Origin: Chiloscyllium plagiosum
Lineage: Eukaryota
Reading direction: 5' to 3'
Assembly (NCBI RefSeq): GCF_004010195.1
Contig: NC_057718.1
Span: 3,322,092-3,386,091, forward strand
Length of the DNA: 64,000 bases
Notes under the pieces: model-generated
The model's input: only the letters and a program-made list of their open reading frames with translations
What the model was told of the DNA's origin: nothing
The model's database searches: none
Made by a program: the position numbers and the translations under genes
Shown here: piece by piece, positions 25,545-39,000 of the stretch
How positions within the stretch are numbered: the stretch's first letter is position 1
Layout: each line of letters starts with the position of its first letter

Positions 25545-28500
25545 TAGAACATAGAACATTGAACATTACAGCACAATACAGGGCCTTCAACCCTTGATGT
25601 TGCATCGACCTGTGGAACCAATCTGAAGTCTATCTAAACTACACAATTCCATTCTCATCCATTTGCCTACCCAACGACCATTTAAATGCCCTTAAACTTG
25701 ATGAGGCTACTACTGTTGCTGGCAGTGTGTTCCATGCCCCTCTCACTCTCTGAGTTATGAACCTATCTCTGACATCTGTCCTATGTCTGTCACCCCTCAA
25801 TTTGTGATAGCCATTACCATCTGAGGAAAAAGGCTCTCACTGTCCAACCTAACTAACCCTCTGATTATTTTACATGTCTCAATTAAGTCACCTGTCAACC
25901 TTTTTCTCTCTAACAAAAGCAGCTTCAAGTCTGTCAGCCTTTCCTTGTAAGAGATTCCCTCCATACCAGGCAACATCCTAGTCAATCTCCTCTTAACCCT
26001 TTCCAAAGCTTCCACGTCCTTTCTATAATGCAGTGACCAGAACTGTAGACAACATTCCAAATGTGGCTGCACCAGTGTTTTGTTCAGCTGCAAGATGATT
26101 TCATTGTTCTGAAACTCAATTCTTCTACCAATAAAAGCTAATATGCCTTCTTAAAAACTCTATCAATCTGGTTGGCAACTTTCAACAATATATGTACCTT
26201 TAGACTGAGGACTTTCTGCTCACCTACATGACTGAGCATCTTACCATTCACCCTGTACTGTGTATTCTTGTTACTCCTTCCAAAGTGAATCACCTCACAC
26301 ATTGCCACATTAAACTCCATTTACTACTTCACAGTCCAGCTTTACAGATCATCTTTGTAAGCTTATCTGTGTCTCTCTGTAACCCATAACATCCTTCATC
26401 ACTATTCACAACTCTACTCGCCTTTGTGTCATCTGCAGATTTTACTAACCCATCCTTTTATGCCCTCATTAAGATTATTTATATAAATGACAAACCACAG
26501 ATCTAAAACAGGTCCTTGTTGTACCCCACTAGTTACTGAATTCCAGGATGAACATTTCCCATCACCCACCATCCTCTGTCTTCTTTCAGCTAGCCAATTT
26601 CTGATCTAAATCGCTAAATCACCCTCAGTCCCATACCTTCGCAATAGCAAACCGTGGGAACCTTACCAAATACCTTACTAAAATCCATATACACCACATC
26701 AACTACTTTACCCACATCAATCTGTTTGGTCAGCTTCTCAAAGAACTCAATAAGGTTTGTGAGGCGTGACCTACCCTTCACAAAACCATATTGACTATCC
26801 CTAATCACCTTATTCATCTCTAGTTGATTATAAATCTTATCACTTATAACTCTTTCCAACATTTTCCCCCAACTGAAGTAAGGCTCACTGGTCGATCATT
26901 TACAGGGTTGTCTCTACACCTCTTCTTGATCAAGGGAACAACATTTTCCATCCTCCAATCTTCTACCACGATTCCTGTAGACAATGATGCTATAAAGATC
27001 AAAGCCAAAAGTTCGGCAATCTCCTCCCTGGCTTCCCAGAGAATCTAGGGTAAATCCCCTCTGGCTCAGGGAATTTATGTATTTTTACAATTTCCAGAAT
27101 TGCTAACATATCCTCCTTATGCATCTCACTCCCATCTCATCTTGTAGCCTGTATCTCAGTACTTTCCTCGACCATATTGTCTTTTCCTAATGTGAATACA
27201 GATGAAATGTGCTAAGTTAGTGCTTCCCTCATCTCATCTGACTCTATGCACAACTTCCCACTACTACAATTGATTGGCCTGAATCTTACTCTTATCATTC
27301 TTTTATTCCTGATATACACATAGAAGAACTTCAGGTTTTCCTTGATTCTATCCGCCAATGACTTTTCATGTCCCCTCCTGGCTCTTCTTAGCTCTTTCTT
27401 AAGTCTTTTCTGGCTAATGTATAATTCTCAAGTGCCCGAACCAAGCCATCATATCTCATTCTAACATAAGTCTTCTTCTTTGGCTTGACAAGAGATTCAA
27501 CTTCCTCAGTAAATCATGGCTCCCGCACTCGACAACTTTCTCCCTGCCTGACAGGTACATACTTCTCAAGGACCTGCAGTCACTGGTCCTTGAATAAGCT
27601 CCACATTTCAATTGTGCCCAACCCCTGTATTTTTCCTCCCCATGCTTTGCATCCGAAATCTTGTCTAATTGCATCGTAATTGCCTTTCTCCCAGCTATAA
27701 CTCTTGCCCTGTGGTATATACCCCCCTTTCCATCACTCAGGTAAACACAACCGAATTGTGGTCACTATCACCAAATTGATCACCTACCTCCAAATCCAAC
27801 ACCTGGCCAGTTTCATTAACCAGTTCCTAATCTAATACAACCACGTCCCTTGTTGGCCTGTTGATCTATTGTGTCAGGAAACCCTCCTGCATACATTGGA
27901 CATAAACTGACCCATCTAAAGTACTTGAACTATAGTAATCTCAGTCAGTATTTGGAAAGTTAGGGTCCCCGATAACAACTATCCTGTCACTCTTGCTCCT
28001 ATTGAGGATCATCTTTGCTTTCCCCTCCTCTACGTCTCTGGAACTATTTGGAGACCTATAGAAAACTCCCAACAGGTTAGCCTCTCCGTTTCTGTCTCTC
28101 AGCCCATACTACTTCAGTAGAGAAGTCCTCAAGCATCCTTTCTGCAACTGTAATACTGTCCTTGATGAACAGTGCCACACCATCTTTTACCATTTTCTCT
28201 GTTCTTAATGAAACATCTAAATCCTGGAACCTGCAATAACCATTCCTGTCCCTGTTCTATCCGTGTCTGTGAAATGGCCATAACATCAAAATCCCAGGTA
28301 CCAACCCATGCTGCATGCTCACCACCTTATTCCAGATGCTCCTGGCGTTGAAGTAGACACACTTCAAACCAACTTTTTGCCTGCCAGTGCCTTATTGCGA
28401 TCTTGAAATCTTAGTTCTCACTTCATCCCTCATCCTCCACTATGCTTGAACTACAATTTAGGTTCTCATCATCCTGCTAAAATGTGTTTAAACCCACCCT

Positions 28501-29460
28501 GAGTGCGTTAGCAAATTTTCCCCACAGGATATTGGTACCCCTCTGGTTCAGGTGAAGACCGTCCTGTTTGCGGAGGTCCCAACTCACCCAGAAAGAGCCC
28601 CAGTTATCCAAAAAACCAAAACTCTCCCACCTGCACCTTCCCTATAGCCACGTGTTCAACTCCTCTCTCTTCCTATTCCTCACCTCGCTAGCATGTGGCA
28701 TAGGCACAAAAAAAAAAGAGACAACAACTCTGTTTGTTCTAGCACTAAGCTTCCACCTTAGCTCCCTGAATTTCTGCTTTAAATCCCTATCTTTCTTCCT
28801 ACCTGTGTCATTGGTGCCTATGTGGACCATGACTTGGGGTTGCTCCCCCTCCCCCATAAGGATCAGGGACATCATAAACCCCGGCACCAAGGAGGCAACA
28901 CGCCAAACATTAGTCTCTCTCATTCCCACAGAACCCCTTACCTATCCCCCTCACTGTGGAGTCCCCAATGATTAATGCTCTGCACCTCTTTCTCCTTCCC
29001 TTCTGAGCAGCAGGGACAGACTCTGTGCCAGAGACCTGTGCCCCAATGCTTACCCCTCTTAAGTCATCAGTCCTCAACAGTATCTAAAAAGGTGTACTTG
29101 TTGTTTCGGGGAATGGCTACAAAGGATCTCTGAACTGCCTGCTGTGGCCCATTCTGTCCCCTGATGGTAACCCATCTACCTTCTTCTTTTATGTGAGGTG
29201 TGACGACCTCCCTCTAACTCTTCTCAATAATCCCCTCCCCATCCCAAATGATTCAAAGTTCATCCAGCTCCAGCTCTATTTCCTTAATGTATTTTCTGCC
29301 GAGCTGGAGTTGGGTGTACTTCTCACAGATGCAGTCAGCATGGACACTCTTGGTGACCTTTACTTCCCATATTCTGCAGGAGGAGCATTTAACTGCCCTA
29401 ACCTCAATTCCCACTGTTCTAAATTCCCAACAAGACTACTGAAAAAACTTTTAAAAAGTC
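25545..29460 (-). mobile_element. Near full-length decayed CR1 LINE (ORF1 esterase plus EN-RT) inserted in the Gypsy RT
   Basis: VMVHIGTNDTG (ORF1), SQYGFVKGRSRLTNLIEFFE, VYMDFSKVF, VQPHLECCLQFW; (ttctatg)n tail at 25545. Confidence 0.88.
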
Positions 29461-31364
29461 ACCTAATCAATTGGCGCACACAAACTTTTTTTTTTGATTA
29501 GAGGAGGAAGTTGGGTGGGAGACACTACCCGAGTAGTGTTTTGGGTAAATCAACCACCCAACTATAAAGCCTCACTTATCCAGCAGTCCCATGTCTGCTC
29601 CTGCTCAGTGTGTGATCCGCCTAAACACGAGGTAAACCTTTATACCTTTTAAAACGTACCTACCCATCGGGCCTCTGGTCCTCACTGTCCCTTCTCCCAT
29701 TCCAACTGCCGCCGATAAAAAGATGACCTGGTGATTTTTAGTCACACCTGGAAGGAACATTGGGAAATTTTTTTAGAATTGTTCGATCGACTTGAGATGG
29801 CAGGCTTGGTGAGATGCATGGCGAAAAGTGAATTTGTCAAAGTCCAAGTCACCTTCTGGTCCATGTTATTGGACAAAGACAAATAGCCCCACGGGATGCA
29901 AAAACAAATGTAATTGGAGAGTTTCCCACACTATCGACAAAAAGAGCAGTACTATGATTCCTAGGATTGAGTGAATTTTATTGAAAATTTGTACCAAATT
30001 TCGCAGTGTGGCTGCTTAACCCACTGAATTGCTAAAGAAAGACAAGACGTTTCAGTGGACAGCCGACTGTCAGAAGGCATTTGACAGCCTGAAAGCTGTG
30101 TTAACCATTGTCCCAGTATTAGCTACACTTAATTACACAAAGCCATTCAAGGTGGCTATTGACACAAGTGATGTGGGTCTCAGTGTTGTGCTTTTGCAGG
30201 AAGATGACGAGAAGATAGAAAGACCTATTGGGTATTTCTCCAGGAAATTAAACATTCATCAGCAGAAATATTTGACAGTTGAGAAGGAGACTTTGAGCTT
30301 AGTGTTGGCTTTACAACATTTCATTGTTCATGTTACCAGGAGCATATCAGAAACAATCATTTACACTGAACATCACCCATTGAGATTTGTGGAGAAATTT
30401 AAGGACAAAAATTCCAGCTTGTTTAGATGGAGCTTTGAAAATCGTACATGTGGCAGATAGCGAAAACATGACTGTCGATGCATTGTCGAGACCCGAATGA
30501 AAAACGAACACGTTCAATGGCAGGAGTAAACAGACAAACAGAATGTAGTAGATCACGTTTGCATGATTATTGTTAATGTAACGTATATGTGTGTTATAAA
30601 GTACTAAATTTAGGACTAATGGTTTTTAAATGAAGTCCTCTTTGGATATTGATTCTTCTCCTTTTTCAGGGGGGAGGTGTGATACGCAGCTTCTCTCTGG
30701 TTTGGTTTGGTTTTGGCAGTTTGTCTATTCACTGAAAGCAGTCAGACAGTTGTAAACTGCTGGACCCAATGAAGCAGCTCCATGCTGATCCTCTCTCTGA
30801 CTTCTCTCCAGTATGACCCTGTGTTTAATTTTACCTTTTGTTCCAAGAGAAGTCTATGAGGATTGTTGCAAATATTTGGAATAGCATCATGAAGTTGGGA
30901 TGAGCTGCTGGGTTTTTCAGATATGTTAAGTTAATAGTCCCAATCAGGGAACTCGAGTTCTATGAGGTCCACCTGGCTGACCTCATTACTGTCACTACAA
31001 AGAAATAATGATATATTCCCGAAACAAGATGATGAATGGTTTGGAGGGGAACTTGCCCGTTTTGTGTTCTCATCTATCTGCTGCCCTTATCTTTCTGGAT
31101 GGAAATGAATCTGAGTTTTGATCCTGCTGCAGCAAGATTGGCATGTCCAAAATGTTGATCAAATTCTGACGAGAGTTCAGAAAAATTCATTTAACACACT
31201 GTTTATTTATTTATTTCTCTTTATATTGATTGATTATTTTATCTGAATCAATCACAGATGCATCTCAAACATTCAGTGCAACAACGGGTTCTCTCTGTTT
31301 AACTGAAAACTCCTACCACCTTGTCAGATCCTTTTAATATGGCAGTACAGAGAGTCTGCTCTTA

Positions 31365-32700
31365 GAGTCATAGAGTCATGGAGATGTACAGCATGGAAAC
31401 AGACCCTTCGGTCCAACCTGTCCACGCCGACCAGATATCCCAACCCAATCTAGTCCCACCTACTAGCATCATATGCTTCCAAACCCTTCCTATTCATACA
31501 CCCATCCCTCCACCACTTCCTCTGGCGGCTCATTCCATACACGTACCACCCTCTGCATGAAAATGTTGCCCCTCAGGTCTCTTTTATATCTTTCCCCTCT
31601 CACCCTAAACCTATGCCCACTAGTTCTGGATTCCCCGATCCCAGGGAAAAGACTTTGTCTATTTATCCTATCCATGCCCCTCATAATTTTGTAAACCTCT
31701 ATAAGGTCACCTCTCAGCCTCCGACGCTCCAGGGAAAATAGCTCCAGCCTGTTCAGCCTCTCCCTATAGCTCAAATCCTNNNNNNNNNNNNNNNNNNNNN
31801 NNNNNNNNNNNNNNNNNNNNNNNNNNNNNNNNNNNNNNNNNNNNNNNNNNNNNNNNNNNNNNNNNNNNNNNNNNNNNNNNNNNNNNNNNNNNNNNNNNNN
31901 NNNNNNNNNNNNNNNNNNNNNNNNNNNNNNNNNNNNNNNNNNNNNNNNNNNNNNNNNNNNNNNNNNNNNNNNNNNNNNNNNNNNNNNNNNNNNNNNNNNN
32001 NNNNNNNNNNNNNNNNNNNNNNNNNNNNNNNNNNNNNNNNNNNNNNNNNNNNNNNNNNNNNNNNNNNNNNNNNNNNNNNNNNNNNNNNNNNNNNNNNNNN
32101 TCCTTGTAAATCTTTTCTGAACCCTTTCAAGTTTCACAACATCTTTCCGATAGGAAGGAGATCAGAATTGCAAGCAATATTCCAACAGTAGCCTAAGCCA
32201 ATGTCCTGTACAGCTGCAACCTGACTTCCCAACTCCTGTACTCAATACTCTGACCAATAAAGGAAAGCATACCAAACGCCTTCTTCACTATCCTATCTAC
32301 CTGCAATCCACTTTCAAGGAGCTATGAACCTGCACTTCAAAGTCTATTTGTTCAGCAACACTCCCTAGGACCTTACCATTAAGTATATAAGTCCTGCTAA
32401 GATTTACTTTCCCAAAATGCAGCACCTCTTTATCTGAAGAATTAAACTCCATCTGCCACTTCTCAGCCCATTGACCCATCTGGTCCAGATCCTGTTGTAA
32501 TCTGAGGTAACCCTCTTCNNNTCGCATCCAAATCATTTATGTAAATGTCAAAAAGTAGAGGGCCCCGCACCGATCCTTGTGGCACTCCACTGGTCACAGC
32601 GTCCAGTCTGAAAAACAACCCTCCACCACTACCCTCTGTCTTCTACCTTTGAGCCCATCTGTATCCAAATGGCTAGTTCTCCCTGTATTCCATTAGATAT
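31365..32700 (-). mobile_element. CR1 3' fragment spanning a gap, ending about 50 nt upstream of exon V1
   Basis: LFSLERRRLRGDLIEVYKIM, WAEKWQMEFN. Confidence 0.85.
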
Positions 32701-32749
32701 AGCCGGGAATCTTGTGGGAATAAACATACTGTTACTTTTTTCTTCAAAG

Positions 32750-33094
32750 GTAACAATGGTCCAGTCCTTCTCCAGTCTCCGAGCCTGGAAAGTATCATCA
32801 AGGATCACACTGCCCGGTTACAGTGCACCATGTGGAATGCCACAGTGACACACACCAATGTTCACTGGTACAGACTGTCCCAAAAGCAAATTCTGGAGCC
32901 GGTTTTAACACATCCAAGAAGTGGCTCCACACAACAGTACCCAGGATTCACAGAGCGATTCCAATCTTCCAGAGACTCCTCTAGTAACAGCTTCATTCTG
33001 ACCATCAAAAGCGTGCAGCCTAGTGACGCTGGGGTCTATTACTGCTCAGTCTGGGGAAGGATCTATGGGACAGGAAGCCAGCTCAATATCACCA
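32750..33094 (+). CDS. Exon V1: V-set Ig domain with built-in J segment
   Basis: ttttttcttcaaag|GT...ACC A|gtaagt, 345 nt, phase 1/1. (G)NNGPVLLQSPSLESIIKDHTARLQC...VHWYR...DAGVYYCSVWGRIYGTGSQLNIT. Confidence 0.93.
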
Positions 33095-36000
33095 GTAAGT
33101 AGAGTTTACATGACAATCTCCTCCAGTAATAACCTCTTACCCAATGAATGAATGGGACATCAGTTTGTGATCAAGAAGATTGAGGAGCTCTTGAAGAGTG
33201 ATCACAGAGGTGGATTCTCTGTGGGGAGGAAGCTGAGCTCAGGTTTAGCAATTTATTTAATTGTTTTGTGAGATGTAGGTGTCACTGGCTGGGCCAGCAT
33301 TTATTGCCTCTCCTTAATTGCCCTTAGGAAGGTGGTGCTGAACTGCCTTCTTGAACCACTGCAGTGACTCATTGGTTGCCATTCCTGGGTTTAGGTCGGG
33401 CTCCGACACAATCTATTAAGACTCTGCTAAACGGTTCTTCAAAAGCTGCAATCAGTATTAAAGGTGAAGCTTTAATTAAGGGTTGGAGATTCCCCAAGTC
33501 CTGACATTGACCAGCCCATCTGGTAAAATGTAACATCTTTTTATAATCCTGACTACTAAAAATGTTTTAAGATTTTTGAATGTGTGTTCTTCATCCTTAA
33601 ATGAACTGCCATTGGAATTTCATGAGTTAGTTTATAAAATTTCATTCTGGTCTCAGATGGAATGACCACCCAATGGATCACTGTCTATTCCTCATCACCT
33701 GGCATTTGGAATCATCTTTATTTCCTCATTACTACATTGTCTTTCAAACAGTAACACTCAGAGACTTGCTGATTTCATTTCTGAGGATAAAAACAGAAAT
33801 TTCTGGAAAATCTCAGCATCTGTGGAGAGAAATCAGAATTAATATGCTGGGTCCAGTGACCCTTGTACAGAACTAATGGCAATGAGGAAAAATGATGGTT
33901 TTTATCCAGAAAATGGGGTGGGGAGGAGGGTGAAGGTAAATGATAGATGGAGATAGAGCCCAGTGTGAGAGTAAAGCTGTTGGACAGACAAAGAAGGGGG
34001 TTATGGCCAGTCTGGGGGAATGAGCAGCTGCTGATTGGGAGTTAATGGCTGACAATGGGTAGTGTATGGTAATCATAAAGCCTGGTTTATGGGGAGGGGG
34101 AAAGCATGGGAAAAGATGCTCACACTCTAAAATTGTTGAACTCAATTATTAATTCCAGAAGGGTGCAGGGTAACCAAGTGGAAAATGAGGTACTGTTGTT
34201 CCAGCTTGCTCTGAGATTCACGAGAGCACTGCAGTGAGACTGAGACAGAGATGTTGGCCAGGAACACGATGGTTTGTTGGACTCGCAAGCAACTGGGAGG
34301 TTAGGGCCTTTTTTGCAGACAGAATGGAGGTCTTCTGAGAAGTGGTCACCCAGTCTGCGTTTCATTTCCTAAATGAAGAGGAGCCCACATTGTGAGCAGT
34401 GAATACAGTTTGTCTCATCACAGAATACTCAGAGGCCTGGATAGAGTGGACAGGGAGAAGATGTTTATCGGAGAGAGTAGGATCTGGGACACAGCCTTAC
34501 ACTGAAGGGACAATCAGTTACAGCTGAGATGAAGAGGAATTTCTTCAGACAAAAAGTGGTAAATCTGTGGAACTCATTGCTGCAGAGAGCTGTAGTAGAG
34601 GCCAAGTCATTGAGTATATGTAAGACAGAGATAGACAGGCTCTTAAGAGCAAATGGCTCAATAGTTATGGGGAGACAGCAAGACAATGGGATTGAAACAT
34701 ATTAGCCATGATCGAAAAGCAGAGCAGACCTGATGGGCTGAATGGCCTAATTCTGTTCCTATATCCTATGTCCTTATGGTCTATAATCTCATGGTTAGTT
34801 TGAATAATTAACCCCACTGGTTCACTCTGATACTCTTACCATCTGTCCTTTCTCTTTAACTCTTAAGATGCAAGTGTCCCAGTCCTTCACCAGTCTTCCG
34901 TCCTGGAACGTGTCACCAAGGGTCATACTGTCCGGTTACAGTGCACCATGAAGAAGGCCACAGTGACACACACCAATGTTCACTGGGACCGGCAGCAATC
35001 AGGGAATAAGAAGGAGTGGGTTTTAACATATGACATGAGGAACATTACACAATGGAGCCCAGGATTTACTGAGCGTTTCCAGTCTTCCAGAGAATCCTCC
35101 AATAACAGCTTCATTCTGACGATCACAAACGTGCAGCCCAGTGACACTGGGGTCTATTTCTGTAAAGTGTGGGGAGACATCAGTGGGAATGGAACCCAGC
35201 TGACTGTAACAGGTAAGTCTTGTATACCTGAGAATAATCTGATACAGTAACCATTTCCACATGGATATATTGGAGAGGGAAATGTGTTAAATTCCTCTGG
35301 TAAAAAGTAAGCAGAGGTCTCAATATGAACATAGAACAATTCTCAGCTTTTACTCACAGATAGAATAAACTGTTTCTTCTCTTGGACCAGTTCCTCAATC
35401 TCAAACTCTTTCTCTTCTGTCTGTCTTTCTGCTTCACCATCTCATTTGTTCTCAGTGTTGGATTTAACATTCTCCTGTCTCTGTCTGGTTTTGTTTCATT
35501 CATTCTTGGGATGGGGCCTTCACTGACCGGGCTGGTACTCATTGTTCATCGTGAACAACCCTTGAGAAGAAATGTCTTCTCTGCCACAGGAAGCAGCTGA
35601 GGCCAAAACATTGAATGTCTTCAAGGAAGAGTTAGATATAGTTCTGAGGACTAAAGGGTCCAAAGGGTAAGGGGAGAATGTGGGAACAAGGGACTGAGTT
35701 GGATGATCACCCATGATTATGTTGAAAGGTGGTGCATGAGTTGAATGGCCTACTCCAGGTCATATTTTGGATGTTTTGAGAAGGTCATGGTGAGCTGCCT
35801 TCCTGCGCTGTTGTGGTCCTTTTGGTGTTGGTACACTGGACCTGGTGCATTGAAGGAACGATGATGATGATACACTGTATATATCTGAGCATAAGTCGAT
35901 CTCATGAAAAGGTCACCCTTACTTTTTGTCGACATATCCAGAATTTCAACTGTTACTTGAGTATACAGGGGGAACCTCAATTATCCGAAAGGAACGATGA

Positions 36001-39000
36001 TGATGATACACTGTATATATCTGAGCATAAGTCGATCTCATGAAAAGGTCACCCTTACTTTTTGTCGACATATCCGGAATTTTCCATGTAAAAGTCAACC
36101 CTAGTTCTTCACAATTAACAGTTCAACATTGATGAGTCAGTGTGCCTGTCCATTGCACTCCACTCCAGCTTTCCATTCTGGGTCTTCCAGTCCACCAGCC
36201 ATTACACTCCGATCCAGATATTCAGAATTACTGTAATTCTTATTTTGTTTTATTTGTTTTGACTTTAATTTTGCTTCTGCCAATGATATATTATGAATTT
36301 TGACCGGCATGAATTTCAGCCCCTCAAATGTGATATCCCTGTTATAGTCAAACCCATAAATTTAACCGTAAAAAATAGTCAAAAAAATTCAACTGTTACT
36401 TGAGTATACAGGGGGAACCTCAATTATCCGAATGAGATGGGCGGGCACTATTTCGTTCAGATCCCCAACTGGTACCCATTGTCTATCAGTGTAAAAGGGA
36501 GTGAATATTGAAGGTGTTAGTTATGGCGCCAGTCAGGTGAGCTACATTCTTCTGCATGCCATGAAGCTTCTTGAGTGTTGTTGGAGCTGCACCCATCCAG
36601 GCAAGTTGTACCATCATCCTCCTGATTTCTGTTTTGATGATAGATAGTTAAAAATCACATACCACCAGGTGAAAGTCCAACAGGTTCACTCGGAAGCACT
36701 GGCTTTCAGACTGCTGCTCCTTCATCTGGTTGTTGTGGAGTATAAGACTGTAAAACATAGAATTTGTTCCTCATTCCCGGATTGCCCTTAAACTGAGTCA
36801 CTTGCCTGTTCATTTCAGAGGGCAGTTAGATAAAACCAAATTGCTGTGGGTCTGGAGTCACATGTAGGCCAGACCAGGTAAGGATGGCAGATTTCCTTCC
36901 CTGAAGGAGATTAGTGAACCAGATAGGTTTTTACAACAATTGATGGGAACATCAGGAATTAAGGTGATATGTTTCCAGCTCTCAATTAGCCTGGAATTGT
37001 TATGTATGATTGTGTTATGACTCATTTGTAAGTAAATTCAATAAAGAAGCAAATGGTTAGTGCCTTGTTTGGAGAAGCTGTTGTCCATGAGAGGTCTGGG
37101 TGGTATAAGGAATGACTCTGTAATTATCTAATGCTGTGTTCACGTAGTGAAACTTTCGGTGCCAAGGCTGCACACAGGAGCTCAACATTACTCCATCAGC
37201 CGGTATTTATCGTTAATTTGAGAGTTTAACAGAATACAAACAGATTGGTTTTATATGAGCTGGCATTCCTTAGACATTCACTTCCATGAGTCAGTTCCAC
37301 ATTAAAACTGGATCTGTTTCTCAATGTCATTTAAGCTGAAGGTTAAACTGGGTTCCAGTGTAACTCATTAAGATGTGAGTAATTTATCCGGGAAATTTCA
37401 AACTCTCAGCTCTCAAGACTTTAGGCCATCATTTCCCACAACCCTCTGCAGCTCCTGTTCTGTTCAATGACACTCCCATCTCCTCCTCCGATGTCCTTGT
37501 CCTGAGCTAAACCCTTCCTCCCCCCCACCCTGGTTACTCCCTTTCTTATGGCCCTCATTCATTCCCTTAGACCAAGAGACACAGACAGAGCGACGTTGGA
37601 ACAGGAGGAGGCCATTCAGCCCAACATGCTTCCTCCACCATTTAATTAAATGATGGATGATCTGATATTAATCTCAACTCTACATTCCTACATATCCCTG
37701 TTCACCTTTCACTCCCTGGGTCATCAAGAATCTCCCTTCCTCTGCCTTAGAAAGATTTCAAGATTCTGCATCCACTGCTTTTTGATGAAGGGAATTCCAA
37801 AGACTCACAACCCTCTGTGAAAAAAAACATTTCCTCATCTCTGTCTTCAACGTGCACTCCCTTATTTTTAAACTCTGCCCCCTAGTTCTAGATTCTCCTT
37901 TCCACGTCCACCCGGTTCAAGGCCCCTCAGATCTTACAGGTTTCAATGAAGGCCCCTCTGAGCCCAATGGGATCCAGAGTGAACACATCTGGAAGAAGGG
38001 TTTGCAGCCCGAGGAAGTTTGGATCCAAGTGGAGGAGCTGGAGTCTGAGCTGCAAACATTATGTCACATCAGGGAAGGGGAAAGTTCCCTGGAAACATTT
38101 TTCCTAAGGGTTCTCCTACATCTTGGATTCGTGAATTGGAGATTAGTCGTGGATCAGGGACAGGAAGCTGTGACTGCAGGTGAGGACGGTATGGGTCCCA
38201 GGTCTTTCTAACAGTGAGACCAATGTCACAGGTTTGTGTTTGGGACCTGACCCCAAGGATTCCCCGACCCTGGGATAATAACCCGGGTCAGGAATGGAAG
38301 GGAAAGTCTGAGGTTCCAATCAGAAGGGCCTCAGTTTGCCCATTACTGACTCAATTTCAGGCAAGTGCAGTCAGGGATTATCTGGCTCAGAGACAGAATC
38401 AGAGAATCATAGAAACATTCCAGTGTAGAAGGAAACCATTCAGCCCATCCTGTCTGCACTGACTCTTCAAATGAGCATCATTCTCAACTGCCAATGTCCT
38501 GCTCTCTCCCCACAGCCTTGCACACTGTTAGGATACAGAATTGGATGTGCAACAGTGAATCAGAGAGGGTGTCCTCAGGGAGCATCGATTACAGGCTGTT
38601 TGAAACTTTCAGCATTTTCCTTTTGGTTTTTGGTGAGAATGAAACTTTTTAAATGGCTGCTCAGTCTATTCCAATCAGTCAGCTGTGAGCATTGTGAACT
38701 TCTCCTCTCGATAGTTTATTCACAAAATGAATCACAGCAGCAAATTGTAAAGCATTCAACTGATGGATATGTTTCAAATCATTCTCTCTCAAATTACAAA
38801 TAGCAATATCCAGACTGGAAGCTTCAGTTCCTTCTCTGCAAATCATCATTTAACCAGGAGGAGACTTTAGAAAATGTTACAAATCCAGTTACCTTATTTT
38901 TTTCTCTTCAATATGAACAGATCCATTCGCTGATCCAGTCCTTATTGAGGATCATGTAGTTAGCAAGGTAGCAGAGGGTGAAGCTGTCAAGTTTCAGTGT

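Larger units (their letters stand above)
21954..31000 (+). mobile_element. Gmr1-like Ty3/Gypsy LTR retrotransposon remnant (PR-INT-RT-RH order) with nested CR1 and Penelope insertions
   Basis: Protease (DRGSSQS, about 22040); integrase (QSDQGSNF, YHPES, 23520-24600); RT (25080-25540, 29740-30000); RNase H (30029-30460); PPT ggggggagg followed by LTR start tgtgata at 30678. Confidence 0.85.

Noticed and set aside
32841-32880. CACAGTG heptamer inside V1 (also in V2 and the - strand V) as a cryptic RSS
   Set aside because: It simply encodes A-T-V, lies near CDR1, and has no nonamer at 12 or 23 bp.
35382-35600. Hydrophobic ORF after V2 as an alternative TM exon
   Set aside because: Pyrimidine-rich intronic low-complexity sequence running into a CR1 remnant; no clean exon boundaries.
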